Positions 1 through 7,858 of a stretch of DNA of 31,481 nt are shown piece by piece. Below the pieces are notes generated by a model, which had not been told where the DNA came from, did not search any database, and was given only the letters and a program-made list of their open reading frames with translations. The DNA comes from Bdellovibrionales bacterium. GTDB lineage: Bacteria; Bdellovibrionota; Bdellovibrionia; Bdellovibrionales; UBA840. Location: assembly GCA_037969075.1 (NCBI GenBank), contig JBBKWS010000040.1, forward strand, positions 1 to 31,481. The letters run 5' to 3'. The position numbers and the translations under genes were made by a program. Every line of letters begins with the position of its first letter. Position 1 is the stretch's first letter.

Positions 1-276
1 TATTTGATTGGTGGATTTTCACAAGTATATAGAACATATACGATCGACCAAGCTGACGCTGATAGCCGAGATGGCGCACTAGGATTCAACGCAGGCGTTG
101 GGTTTGAAATACCGTTTTCAAGAAACTCAGCCTATGTGGGAGCTGAGGCAAAATACACCTACATAAATTTTAACGATGAAAATACATTTTTAAAAGATGA
201 AAATGGCGACTCCACCGGTTATTCACTAGATGGAGATCTATACCAAATTCTTGCTGTTCTTGGTGTGAATTTCTAA
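1..276 (+). CDS. Outer-membrane beta-barrel protein, C-terminal part (5' truncated by window edge)
   Basis: Frame is open from base 1. Alternating beta-strand pattern (GFNAGVGFEIP, YVGAEAKYTYINF) and terminal LGVNF beta-signal ending in Phe. Confidence 0.75.
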   Translation, partial: YLIGGFSQVYRTYTIDQADADSRDGALGFNAGVGFEIPFSRNSAYVGAEAKYTYINFNDENTFLKDENGDSTGYSLDGDLYQILAVLGVNF

Positions 277-1733
277 AATACTTCCGTAGCTCCGACACTA
301 TCAACGTTTGATAGTGACTTAGGAATTATTTCTTCTTTTATTAACGTCTCAATGTCTTTTTCTCTTTCCATAGCATTAAGATCTTCTTCGCCCTTCTTCT
401 TTTTTCTTCGCTGCGATTTCATGGCAAAAATTCTTATCGGAACTCCTTCAAACCCAAATTCTTGCTTAATATTTTTAGCTAAGAATCTACGGTAAGATGG
501 ATTTACACCTTCTGGGCAATTAGTGAACGCAATAAATGACGGTGGTTTTTGCTGCGTCTGCGTTAGGTAATAAAACTTCACATCACGAGTAGCATACACT
601 GGAGCTGGGGCCTTTCTGATGACATCAAAGAAGAAATCATTTAATTTTGAAGTAGATATTTTCTTGTGAAGTTTTTCATCCATCTCTTCAATCATCTCAA
701 ATAGCTTCTTCACACCAGATGTAGTTTTAGCACTGATAAAACAAACTGGAATATCAGTGAAGAAATGGAATTCTTGCAAAATATTTTGTCTAAAGGTTTT
801 TCTAAATTCAGGAATATGCTCTTCGCATAAATCTAATTTATTCGAAACTAAAATCACCGGCTTATGCTGCTTTAAAATAAATTCAACAAGTTTAGTGTCT
901 TGATCAGATGGCCCAAGCATTCCGTCTACCATTAATAACACTAGATCCGCTCTTTTAATAGACGACTGAGACTTAAACGTAGAGATCAACTCAACATCTG
1001 AACTCATTTTACCGCGTTTACGAATACCCGCAGTATCAATTAAGACATATTTTTTATCATTATACACAAACTCAGAATCAATCGAATCAACCGTAGTGCC
1101 TGCAATGTCCGATACAAGCATGCGATTTTCACCTAATAGCTGATTTGATAACGAGCTCTTCCCAACATTGGGCTTTCCAACAATGGCGATGGTTAAACCT
1201 TCTCGGTACGTAGATTTATTTTGATCAAAATGAGATAGGGCCCAAACTAAAACTTCTGTAATCCCACGACGCTGCTCGAACGAACACGGAAAGACAGTTT
1301 CACTAAACTCATAAAACTCTGTCATCAAAAGGTCTTCTTCATAGACCTTATCAATTTTGTTTACAGCCACGCAAAATGGCTTTTGACTTTGCTGGATGAT
1401 TTTACAAACTTCACGGTCCTCAGGGCACATCCCTACACGACCATCAACGACCATCACGATGACATCAACCGCATCTATCATCTCAAGCACTTGCTCTTTT
1501 ATCTTTACCGAAAATACATCTTCAGCCTCTGTCAGGCCGCCCGTATCGATAACATCGAACTCACGCCCTAACCATTCACCTGGTTCTATTTGAATGTCTC
1601 TGGTAACTCCAGAGACGTCTTTTACAACCGCTTTTCTACTATCGGTTAAAATATTAAAAAGCGTGGACTTACCCACATTTGGTCTACCAATAATAGCGAT
1701 TCTATTCGTCTTAGTTTTGTTTTCTAACCACAT
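273..1733 (-). CDS. der: Ribosome biogenesis GTPase Der (EngA)
   Basis: Two tandem G domains (GRPNVGKS/DTGG/NKID and GKPNVGKS/DTAG/NKLD) and a KH-like C-terminus (PP.F...Y.RFL...I...FGFEGVPIRI). Start placed at ATG 1733, with AAGGA 8 nt upstream; the ORF track gives 1739. Confidence 0.97.
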   Translation of the reverse strand: MWLENKTKTNRIAIIGRPNVGKSTLFNILTDSRKAVVKDVSGVTRDIQIEPGEWLGREFDVIDTGGLTEAEDVFSVKIKEQVLEMIDAVDVIVMVVDGRVGMCPEDREVCKIIQQSQKPFCVAVNKIDKVYEEDLLMTEFYEFSETVFPCSFEQRRGITEVLVWALSHFDQNKSTYREGLTIAIVGKPNVGKSSLSNQLLGENRMLVSDIAGTTVDSIDSEFVYNDKKYVLIDTAGIRKRGKMSSDVELISTFKSQSSIKRADLVLLMVDGMLGPSDQDTKLVEFILKQHKPVILVSNKLDLCEEHIPEFRKTFRQNILQEFHFFTDIPVCFISAKTTSGVKKLFEMIEEMDEKLHKKISTSKLNDFFFDVIRKAPAPVYATRDVKFYYLTQTQQKPPSFIAFTNCPEGVNPSYRRFLAKNIKQEFGFEGVPIRIFAMKSQRRKKKKGEEDLNAMEREKDIETLIKEEIIPKSLSNVDSVGATEVF

Positions 1734-2610
1734 ACCCAAAGTCCTTTAACTGCATAGGATTTCTTGTCCACTTATCCTTAACCGCAACATGCAGCTCCAA
1801 ATACACCTTAGTTCCTGTTACTTGCTCAATGTCTTTTCTAGCTTCCATTCCGATACGCTTTAAATGCTCCCCACTTTTACCAATCACCATGGCTTTGTGT
1901 GAATCCCGCTCTACGATGATATCGACGAAGATTTTTTGTAGAGTTTCGCCTTCTTCAAATTTTCTTACTTGAGTAGCCAATCCATATGGAATTTCATCAT
2001 GTAAGTATTTAAAACATTTTTCGCGCACTAGCTCTGCCGCTAAATCTCTAACCGTCTCAGTAGTATAACTATCCGTTGGATACATCGGAGCTGAGGCTTC
2101 TGGTAACAAGGATTTAAATAAGTCGATCAACACTTCTGTGTGTGACTTTACATCTGTTTCTGTAGAAACACCTATAACTGGCACTCCGTAAACTGAGAAC
2201 ATTTCACGCAAGATAGATATTCTATGGATCTTTGGTAAATCTACTTTTGTGATAGCTATGGCCCAAGGTTTATTTTGTGCCTTTACTGCTTCACAGATAG
2301 AGGTTAATGTCTCTGGGTTATTGGCATCTAAATTTAAACACGCTAGTAGTACATCTGACTTGTCCATTACATCCCGGTACTCTTCTTGCAAAAATGTATT
2401 TAAACCTGTTGTAGTTGCAATCACACCCGGAGCATCTGTAATCACAAATTGGCATTCGTCATCGTTATAAATCCCCATGACTCTTCGTCTTGTGGTTTGT
2501 GCCTTTGAGCAAACAATAGAAAATTTTGAGCCAATAATCATATTTGCCAGTGAGCTTTTCCCTGCATTAGGTAAACCTACTAAACCAATGAACCCTGCTT
2601 TATATGTCAT
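1711..2610 (-). CDS. era: GTPase Era
   Basis: GLPNAGKS, QTTR, EIPY, VIGKSG..LK.IG..AR and V.L.L.V.VK..W KH motifs. Directly follows rnc with an ATGA overlap. Confidence 0.96.
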   Translation of the reverse strand: MTYKAGFIGLVGLPNAGKSSLANMIIGSKFSIVCSKAQTTRRRVMGIYNDDECQFVITDAPGVIATTTGLNTFLQEEYRDVMDKSDVLLACLNLDANNPETLTSICEAVKAQNKPWAIAITKVDLPKIHRISILREMFSVYGVPVIGVSTETDVKSHTEVLIDLFKSLLPEASAPMYPTDSYTTETVRDLAAELVREKCFKYLHDEIPYGLATQVRKFEEGETLQKIFVDIIVERDSHKAMVIGKSGEHLKRIGMEARKDIEQVTGTKVYLELHVAVKDKWTRNPMQLKDFGYVVRKQN

Positions 2611-3338
2611 AACAATATCTCCAATGCATTTTTAGCAGCATACTGCTCTGCTGATTTTTTACTAACTCCACACCCTCTAGACAACCACTTGCCATTTAAA
2701 TATAGCTCACTAGTAAAGTTTGTCGCATGGGCAGGACCAATTTCATGGGTAATTATATATTGCGGTAGCACCATGAACTTGTGCTGACACAATTCTTGTA
2801 ATCTAGTTTTAAAATCTTTCTCATAATCCAATAGAGGATTCAGGCCAGTAATATAATCTTTAAACAAGTCCCAAATCACTGTTTTCGCCGTTTCGTAGTT
2901 AGCATCTTCAAATATGCCGCCGATCAATGCTTCCATAGCGCAGGCAAGAAGACGCGGTTTACTTTGTCCGCCTGTTGCCAACTCGCCTCTACCTAAAAGT
3001 AAACATCTCTCAATCTCTAGACTAAAAGCAATCTTCGCTAAAATTTCTTCATTAACAAGACTGGCTCTCTTTTTTGAAAGAGCCCCTTCTGTATCTAACG
3101 GAAAGGTACTCATTAGACATTCACTCATCACTAAATCTAAAACTGCATCCCCTAAAAATTCTAATCTTTCGTTATTGGTAAATTTCTTTTTGTAGCGTCT
3201 GGTAAATTCATTGGCAAAGCTCTTATGTGACAATGCTGTCTGCAATAAGTTTCTGTCTTTAAATCTATAATTGATTTTAAGTTCTAAATCTTCAATGAAC
3301 GACAAATAAGCGTCGCCTGCGGGACTGTTTTCTAACAT
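2607..3338 (-). CDS. rnc: Ribonuclease III
   Basis: NERLEFLGDAVL signature and C-terminal dsRBD (DFKTRLQE...GPAH...SKKSAEQ.AA). Start placed at ATG 3338 behind AAAGGA; the track gives 3371. Confidence 0.97.
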   Translation of the reverse strand: MLENSPAGDAYLSFIEDLELKINYRFKDRNLLQTALSHKSFANEFTRRYKKKFTNNERLEFLGDAVLDLVMSECLMSTFPLDTEGALSKKRASLVNEEILAKIAFSLEIERCLLLGRGELATGGQSKPRLLACAMEALIGGIFEDANYETAKTVIWDLFKDYITGLNPLLDYEKDFKTRLQELCQHKFMVLPQYIITHEIGPAHATNFTSELYLNGKWLSRGCGVSKKSAEQYAAKNALEILL

Positions 3339-3354
3339 TAGATTCCTTTTACAA

Positions 3355-3409
3355 GAAATCCTAAGATTCAAATTTCCAAGTAGTTCAGAAAGTTCAATCC
3401 TAGGTATTC
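3355..3409 (-). promoter_or_regulatory. Long imperfect stem-loop in the rnc 5' leader (candidate RNase III autoregulatory site)
   Basis: Minus strand CCTAGGATTgAAcTTTCTGA-actac-TTGGAAAtTTgAATCTTAGG pairs over about 20 bp with two mismatches and G-U pairs, ending just upstream of the SD. Confidence 0.5.
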
Positions 3410-3482
3410 GCTCAAGTAAGTAGCAAAAAGTGGCATCTCAGTCAATAAGCGGCATGAATTAAGCTGTTTATTTCTATCTGGG

Positions 3483-3499
3483 CCGGTACCTTCTTTGCT
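3483..3499 (+). promoter_or_regulatory. Candidate sigma54 (-24/-12) promoter
   Basis: CCGGTACCTTCTTTGCT has GG and TTGCT at sigma54 spacing, 22 nt upstream of ATG 3522 with SD GAGGTG in between. Confidence 0.4.
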
Positions 3500-3521
3500 T
3501 ATAAAGTGCAGTGAGGTGACC

Positions 3522-3851
3522 ATGTTACAGTATATAATAATTACACTATCTATTTTGGGAATATCTAGCGCAATGGCCAATGATGTGGGTATACAAAAAG
3601 AATGCTACAGGTACACTTACTTGAAGAGTTCTCTCAATCAACAGGCTGCCGAAAAATCCTGTGGAAATATTAACAATAGATTTGCTTTAGCTTGTTCTAA
3701 AATGGCCGTCGCCTACTTACATCGGGAAAACCAGACTAATTTATTGGCTTCATGTTCTAAGATTAAAACAGAGAAGGCACTTAGTTGCGTGATCAAAAAA
3801 GCCATACAGGCGAAATCAGATCACGCAAAGAAAATATCTCAATGTAGTTAG
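3522..3851 (+). CDS. Small secreted cysteine-rich hypothetical protein
   Basis: SD GAGGTG before ATG 3522, signal peptide MLQYIIITLSILGISSAMA, six Cys in the mature part, internal repeat C-x2-I-x4-A-L-x-C. Confidence 0.75.
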   Translation: MLQYIIITLSILGISSAMANDVGIQKECYRYTYLKSSLNQQAAEKSCGNINNRFALACSKMAVAYLHRENQTNLLASCSKIKTEKALSCVIKKAIQAKSDHAKKISQCS

Positions 3852-4225
3852 GCTTTTTTACTCCAAGAAGTACACCAGCCTGTATCTTTCACTAATTGAC
3901 CTGGGAATAGCGTGCATTTTCCTGTGCCACTACCGTCTTTTGTGTAAAGCACACAATTAGCACAGTTTTGATCGGCCCACTTTACGCCTTGCTTATCTAC
4001 TTTTAAAGCCGCATTTTTTACATCTTTATGCTCATGTTGATAATTTACGTTAGCAGCCATGCCTTTACCTGGTTCTACAAGCGTAGGCCCTTTAGAAGGG
4101 GCAGCTGCCGCTTCTTTCTTTTTACGCCCTTGCGCAAACAATGTACCGACTGATCCAGACACTAAGGCCAGACCAAGGGCTGAAGCAGCTACTTTAAAAA
4201 AATTACGACGACTAAGTTGTGACAT
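3848..4225 (-). CDS. High-potential iron-sulfur protein (HiPIP) with Tat signal
   Basis: SRRNFFK twin-arginine motif plus hydrophobic helix. HiPIP cysteine pattern CANC...GKC.LFPG..V...GWC.SW. SD AAGGAG before ATG 4225. Confidence 0.92.
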   Translation of the reverse strand: MSQLSRRNFFKVAASALGLALVSGSVGTLFAQGRKKKEAAAAPSKGPTLVEPGKGMAANVNYQHEHKDVKNAALKVDKQGVKWADQNCANCVLYTKDGSGTGKCTLFPGQLVKDTGWCTSWSKKA

Positions 4226-4333
4226 AAACGCTCCTTTATAACCTTCTAATTGAATAGTTAATGAGAATATAAGCCTTTTTAAGTCCACATACCAACAAAA
4301 AAATGGAATTACCGTATGTCTGGCTAAAATTTT

Positions 4334-5455
4334 ATGGAATACTTAAAAGTAATGAGACTTGAGTATGCCACAACCAAAGATGATGCTTTATTAAAACACT
4401 TTTTTGAACAAGAAATCATCAACGGCGCCATTGATTATAAAGTGCTGCGGCCCGCGGGTTTTTTTGCACATGGAAAACAAAATTACGACGAATCCAGCGT
4501 ACTCAAATTAATGAATGATGAAAACGAGCTACATGGTTTAGTAAGTGTAAACACGAGGGATGCATTAGTTAATGAATGGTCAAGACTTGGGTGGATTACC
4601 GATTTAAGACTATCGTCAAACCGTAAAGCCATTTTATATTGGTTTGAAAATTTCTTAGAAGAGATGCAAAAGATTAAGGAAGAAAAACACCTAGATCATT
4701 TGTTTACATTTATTAATAAAACAAATATCAGCACGCTAAATGCATTTATTCGCCCTAGAAACTTACGTCCTAACCAACCAAGATTTCATTTAATATCAAA
4801 TTTTTATCGTATTTCAATTTTCTCTAAGATCCCAAGCTTTGAAGTGCCTCTGCAAAGCATTCGAATCAAATCTTTAGATGATAGTAATATAGAGGCCCTT
4901 GCAAGTTATCTTCAGAAAAAGAAAGAGGGTCGGCTTTTGTCTTACCGCTACTCCCCAACTTTACTGCAAGAAAGACTAAAAAAATGGAAAAACTTTACTA
5001 AAGAGAATTTTTTGATCGCCTATGACGGCAAAGGAAATATTGTAGGCTGTGCGGCTCCGTGGAATGCAAAAGAAACTCAGCAGTATCAAATCATTTCTTA
5101 CAGTGATTTTTATCAAAGCATGCAGACTCTTCTAAAGATACCGTCAGCCTTTGGACTGACTAAAAATCTTCCTGCAGCAGGGTCAACGGCAGATTTTTAC
5201 TTCTTAACTCATCTAGCTGCCGACAACCCCTATATATTTCATAGATTATTAAGTGAAAGCATGGAGTATTGTAAACCTGACCAATACATTATTTATTCTA
5301 GTTTTGAGGGAGATCATATGCTTAGACCTCCAAAGGATTTTATACACATCAAACAAAAATTTGGCCTCTACTTAGTCTTGAATCCGGAGGATAACCTTCC
5401 ATTTAGTCATTTATCACAACAACTTTTGCCGGATTTTGAAGTAGCCTTCCTATAG
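4334..5455 (+). CDS. Hypothetical protein, probable tandem GNAT-fold acyltransferase-like
   Basis: 373-aa ORF with two GNAT-like halves (LEYAT..D...GWITDLRL; IRIKSLDDSNIEALASYL...FLIAYD..GNIVGCAAPW). Alternative start ATG 4352. Confidence 0.55.
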   Translation: MEYLKVMRLEYATTKDDALLKHFFEQEIINGAIDYKVLRPAGFFAHGKQNYDESSVLKLMNDENELHGLVSVNTRDALVNEWSRLGWITDLRLSSNRKAILYWFENFLEEMQKIKEEKHLDHLFTFINKTNISTLNAFIRPRNLRPNQPRFHLISNFYRISIFSKIPSFEVPLQSIRIKSLDDSNIEALASYLQKKKEGRLLSYRYSPTLLQERLKKWKNFTKENFLIAYDGKGNIVGCAAPWNAKETQQYQIISYSDFYQSMQTLLKIPSAFGLTKNLPAAGSTADFYFLTHLAADNPYIFHRLLSESMEYCKPDQYIIYSSFEGDHMLRPPKDFIHIKQKFGLYLVLNPEDNLPFSHLSQQLLPDFEVAFL

Positions 5456-5457
5456 CT

Positions 5458-6138
5458 TTAGTTAGCTACTTCTCTAAATACAGAGTTTATGCTAGGCCAA
5501 AACCATGTCAGCATTGGATCTAAGTTAATAGTCTCTTCAACCTGCACATCGTAATATACTATTTCTTCCATCGTAGTATTGATAAGAGTATTACAAGGCC
5601 CGACATTTATGAATCTGATAAAATCATGTTCATCACGCAGATGAGCCACAACTTTTTGAATATCCTGATCTACTAAATCAATTTTTTGAAACTCTTCACT
5701 GTTATAAACGTAAGAGCAAAGATTTTGTGGCATCACACCAGTAGCTAGCTCTAGTACTGTGGGATTATTTTCTGGTTGAAACAAGCTTGATTCAACATAC
5801 TCACGTAAACTTTGTTTACCGGCCATCACTTGCGCCACTGAAGATCTAGTGTCTCCTGCTACTATGGCATCGATATGCGGATAGCGCTTTAAGAATCTCG
5901 AAGCCAAACCAATTTGCACTAATCCAGTTGTAAGTTTACGAAATTTTTCGTTGGCCCAAAACCTTGAGTCATCTGTGTGCAAAAAAGTGATTAAATCGAT
6001 TGGCTTTGGACAAATCACATCGATAGATTTTTGTGCTTCTTTTAATGTGATTAAAACTTCTGGTATGCGTAGAACCGCCGTGCGAACTTCAAAAAAATCT
6101 AGTGATCCGTGTGTTGCGAAAACTAATGCTGTTTTCAT
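5458..6138 (-). CDS. Degenerate, truncated FabD (malonyl-CoA:ACP transacylase)-like protein
   Basis: MKTALVFATHGS resembles A.VFPGQGSQ. IVAGDTRSSVAQVMAG sits at the VAGHSLGEY.AL..AG position. FINVGPCNTL resembles F.E.GPG..L. G-rich SD upstream. Confidence 0.6.
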   Translation of the reverse strand: MKTALVFATHGSLDFFEVRTAVLRIPEVLITLKEAQKSIDVICPKPIDLITFLHTDDSRFWANEKFRKLTTGLVQIGLASRFLKRYPHIDAIVAGDTRSSVAQVMAGKQSLREYVESSLFQPENNPTVLELATGVMPQNLCSYVYNSEEFQKIDLVDQDIQKVVAHLRDEHDFIRFINVGPCNTLINTTMEEIVYYDVQVEETINLDPMLTWFWPSINSVFREVAN

Positions 6139-6216
6139 GCTTCCCCCCCTAACTTAAGATTATTTTATAACCCAGTAAAACCGCTACCCCTAGCAACCTT
6201 ACCTAACCTTCTAATT

Positions 6217-6233
6217 AGCGATATTTGTGCCAA
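6217..6233 (-). promoter_or_regulatory. Candidate sigma54 promoter for the FabD-like gene
   Basis: Minus strand TTGGCACAAATATCGCT versus consensus YTGGCACGrNNNTTGCW, about 80 nt upstream of ATG 6138. Confidence 0.55.
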
Positions 6234-6390
6234 CTCAGATGCTTTGTACTTGTGTGAGAGTCGAAATTGTCTACTTTTAGGACAGGTATTTGAAGAAATT
6301 ACCATTGTATATAGAATATCTACAAAACCACGGTTTGCGTCTGCACTATAAACGTTGCTTATAATTGCGGTTATTTTAGCGCTTGGCCAC

Positions 6391-6417
6391 AAGATATTTT
6401 TCATGCAAAAATATCTT
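6391..6417. promoter_or_regulatory. Perfect 11-bp inverted repeat (operator or hairpin)
   Basis: AAGATATTTTT-catgc-AAAAATATCTT, 5 nt before ATG 6423. Confidence 0.5.
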
Positions 6418-6422
6418 CATTG

Positions 6423-7124
6423 ATGAAGAAAAAAGAGCGATTACCGTTATTTGATAGTCTTAGAGGCTTTGCCATGTTGATCATGGCCGTCTACCATTTT
6501 TGCTTTGATCTAAATACCTTTGGCATTATCCAGCAAAATTTTAATCATGATATTTTTTGGCTGTCGTTTCGTGCAATCATTATGACTCTATTTACAGGTC
6601 TAGCGGGCGTTGGATTTTATCTAGGCCAAGCAAAGCTTTCCTCTAAAGGATACCGCTCGAGGTTATACAAATTAATTTTTTGTGCAGGCCTGATCAGTAT
6701 GGTTACCTATATTATATACCCACAGTCATGGGTATTTTTTGGAATCTTACACTTTATGGTGTTCGCAAGTCTTCTCGGTCCCTATTTAATTAAAATACCA
6801 AGGCTGTGTTTACCCATAGGCTTTTTTTTAATTGCACTCCCAAACTTTTTTACCCATGAGTTTTTTAAACACCGATTTTTGATTGTATCTGGTTTATCCA
6901 CCACAAAACCTACTACCGAAGACTTTTCAGCGTTAACACCTTGGCTTGGCACTTTATTGATTGGTGTATTTGTTGGTTACCTAGCAAAGCAGAAAAGATG
7001 GGGTATTTTGTATAAAGAGTTTAAACAGCTTAGTTTTTTAGGACATCATTCACTTGTGTTTTACATGACTCACCAGCTAGTGTTATTTCCGCTAGCCTGG
7101 GCTGTGTCTAAAATACTACGCTAA
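6423..7124 (+). CDS. DUF1624 / heparan-alpha-glucosaminide N-acetyltransferase-like membrane protein
   Basis: R...D.LRG.A...M..YHF.FDL, FFGILH, T.D...L.PW.G and LG.HSL.FY..HQ motifs; multiple TM helices. Confidence 0.85.
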   Translation: MKKKERLPLFDSLRGFAMLIMAVYHFCFDLNTFGIIQQNFNHDIFWLSFRAIIMTLFTGLAGVGFYLGQAKLSSKGYRSRLYKLIFCAGLISMVTYIIYPQSWVFFGILHFMVFASLLGPYLIKIPRLCLPIGFFLIALPNFFTHEFFKHRFLIVSGLSTTKPTTEDFSALTPWLGTLLIGVFVGYLAKQKRWGILYKEFKQLSFLGHHSLVFYMTHQLVLFPLAWAVSKILR

Positions 7125-7858
7125 ACGCCGCGCTTTGGGCCCCAAAGTCTAACGTGTAACCGGTCGGTAAAATTCCAAGATTTAGTCTTGGCCCAATCCA
7201 CGACTTCTAGAGATTTTTTGATTAATTCGTCTTTAGTAATAGCCTGAGGCATAAGATAAATATTTTCAGCAATGGATTTATTAGTAACACCCTCAAGGTG
7301 CTTTTGAATTTCTTCGATTTCGTTTATATCACTCTCGTGATTAACTACGAATTTCAGTTGGTAATCATGCTTTGTGATAAAATTAGTTAGGGCGTCCCTA
7401 TTTAATCGAAGTTTTTGATGCTCCTCAAAGTCTTTTGATGTTTTCACACACGAACTTGCCAATTTTGGACTTAAACTTATAAAATCAGCTTTTGTGGGTA
7501 AGTAGATCGTTCCATTGGTCTCTATAGTTATATAGTGACCGTGTTTTTTGATCTCATCGATTAGGGCAGGTAATTGCGGTTGTAAATAGGGCTCACCACC
7601 TGTGATCACAACATGTTTACAGTTAAAGCGGCCTATGGTCTCAATCACTTCTGATATGGTTCTTTTTTCATTTTCTGGAAAGTGGCTAGAATATGCTGTG
7701 TCACAGAGGTTAGTCTTTCCATCTTCCTTTAACCATTCACAGCGAAGATTGCAGCTAGACAGTCTAATGAAAACCGAGGGTACACCTACAAACTTACCCT
7801 CACCTTGAATGGTATGAAACACAAAGTCTTTTGTAAACAGTAGCGAATTAGGCTCCAT
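7121..7858 (-). CDS. queE: 7-carboxy-7-deazaguanine synthase QueE (radical SAM)
   Basis: F.TIQGEG...G.PSVFIRL..CNLRC, CDT.YS, VITGGEP, IETNGT, LSPK and RLH..LWG..RGV motifs. Confidence 0.88.
   Translation of the reverse strand: MEPNSLLFTKDFVFHTIQGEGKFVGVPSVFIRLSSCNLRCEWLKEDGKTNLCDTAYSSHFPENEKRTISEVIETIGRFNCKHVVITGGEPYLQPQLPALIDEIKKHGHYITIETNGTIYLPTKADFISLSPKLASSCVKTSKDFEEHQKLRLNRDALTNFITKHDYQLKFVVNHESDINEIEEIQKHLEGVTNKSIAENIYLMPQAITKDELIKKSLEVVDWAKTKSWNFTDRLHVRLWGPKRGV

Noticed and set aside
3449..3465. Second GG-N10-GC box (GCGGCATGAATTAAGCT)
   Set aside because: The -12 element is AAGC rather than TTGC; weaker than the 3483 site.
3368..3580. 70-aa minus ORF upstream of rnc
   Set aside because: Overlaps the divergent secreted-protein gene and its promoter and has no recognisable features.
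4449..4465. GC-rich stretch followed by T7 resembling a terminator
   Set aside because: Inside a coding region; the stem is only about 4 bp with G-U pairs.
6268..6284. TGTC-N9-GACA dyad as a possible enhancer site
   Set aside because: Only 4-bp arms and rather close to the -24 box; easily chance.
6165..6404. 79-aa minus ORF in the divergent intergenic region
   Set aside because: No SD or motifs, and it spans the promoter elements. A small peptide cannot be fully excluded.
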